64,000 nucleotides of DNA. It comes from the human T2T-CHM13v2.0 reference genome, Homo sapiens. A program made the translations under genes and the position numbers. The notes beneath the pieces were generated by a model. It worked only from the letters and a program-made list of their open reading frames with translations, was not told the origin of the DNA and made no database searches. Below, one piece after another: positions 62,194 to 64,000 of the stretch; positions within the stretch are counted from its first letter, which is position 1; every line of letters begins with the position of its first letter. The DNA is taken from NCBI RefSeq assembly GCF_009914755.1, contig NC_060938.1, one strand, 5' to 3'.

Positions 62194-62463
<270 letters not shown>

Positions 62464-62512
62464 CTAAAAGAAAATAAAGCTAAAGGAAGTAACTCACAAA
62501 AGCATTTTCCTA

Positions 62513-62635
<123 letters not shown>

Positions 62636-63156
62636 CTAAAGATCTCTAACATGGATCAAGCATAACATATTCATTTCAACTTTCACAATAAGACAGGCAA
62701 ACATGTTTGAAATGATTTACCCCTGCTGACCGCTCAGTTAGAAAAGAGGATTCAAAGACAGTCTTTGGCCTCTAAACATGCTGTATAATCCCATGGCGAA
62801 AAATAATTTCCTAATTGATTATATCGAGCCTTTTTAATTTTAGCTTATTTGCCCACATTTAAACTTTAACCTTCTACCATAAAATCAAGTCAGTAGTACT
62901 CCTAGAAACAACATAGAGATTATTAAGGGGTACATTACTAAGACAGTAATTACTAGATTAAAAGGGGCAATTTTTAGTGGAACACTGGTAAACCAGATTC
63001 GTAAGACTTGTTATATAGGTATATATTTCCATGAGAGAAGTCTAGAAACTATATACCATAGACTAGTTTTCATCTAAAGAGAATGCCTACATAAAGCTTT
63101 GTTTCCCAAAATGTCCTTTGTTCCATTACACGTTATTAGGTATTTCTAGGTGTTCA

Positions 63157-63579
<423 letters not shown>

Positions 63580-63855
63580 TCAGAGTACTTAAGTTGCAAA
63601 TGTGCATGGAGAGAGGAGATATAGTATGTATTGATAATATTTCCTAACATCTGTAATTATATCCTGGAAAACCTATGGGCTGGAACACCACACTGGTCTA
63701 GAAAAATCTCTCTTATACACTTGGGAGAACTTAAATCTGTCTCACCTTCTCTGATAACATCATGTGCCTGGCACATAGTATAGTTTGCTAGTCCATAAAT
63801 GTTGGCTGAATCAATCAATTAGCCTAAAGAAATAAGACTGACCACTGACAGTCTA

Positions 63856-63999
<144 letters not shown>

Positions 64000-64000
64000 G

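Overview
Human (primate) genomic DNA, recognised from its translated exons as the RPGRIP1/SUPT16H locus (14q11.2). The + strand carries 20 coding exons of RPGRIP1 (coding exons 5-24; 801 to stop at 48675; 3274 nt splicing into one frame through the coiled coil, two C2 domains and the RPGR-interacting domain). The - strand carries the last 19 coding exons of SUPT16H/FACT-Spt16 (63989 down to stop at 50132; 2189 nt) plus its ~1.2 kb 3'UTR. The two genes end tail-to-tail about 200 bp apart. Introns are very Alu-rich, with L1, L2, MIR and MLT1 remnants and one intact ERV1-class solo LTR. Nearly all non-exonic ORFs in the track are Alu artefacts. I see no evidence of a wholly new multi-gene system. 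The best second-look items are: a GC/GT/read-through three-way splice switch at RPGRIP1 exon 13; a likely internal start exon; several latent or in-frame alternative splice sites; a tailless tRNA-Ile 5'-half retrocopy with its target-site duplication (TSD); and an octamer-rich antisense solo LTR. Exon numbers and c. positions are back-calculated from the stop codons using recalled protein lengths (1286 and 1047 aa). Repeat boundaries and subfamily names are by eye.
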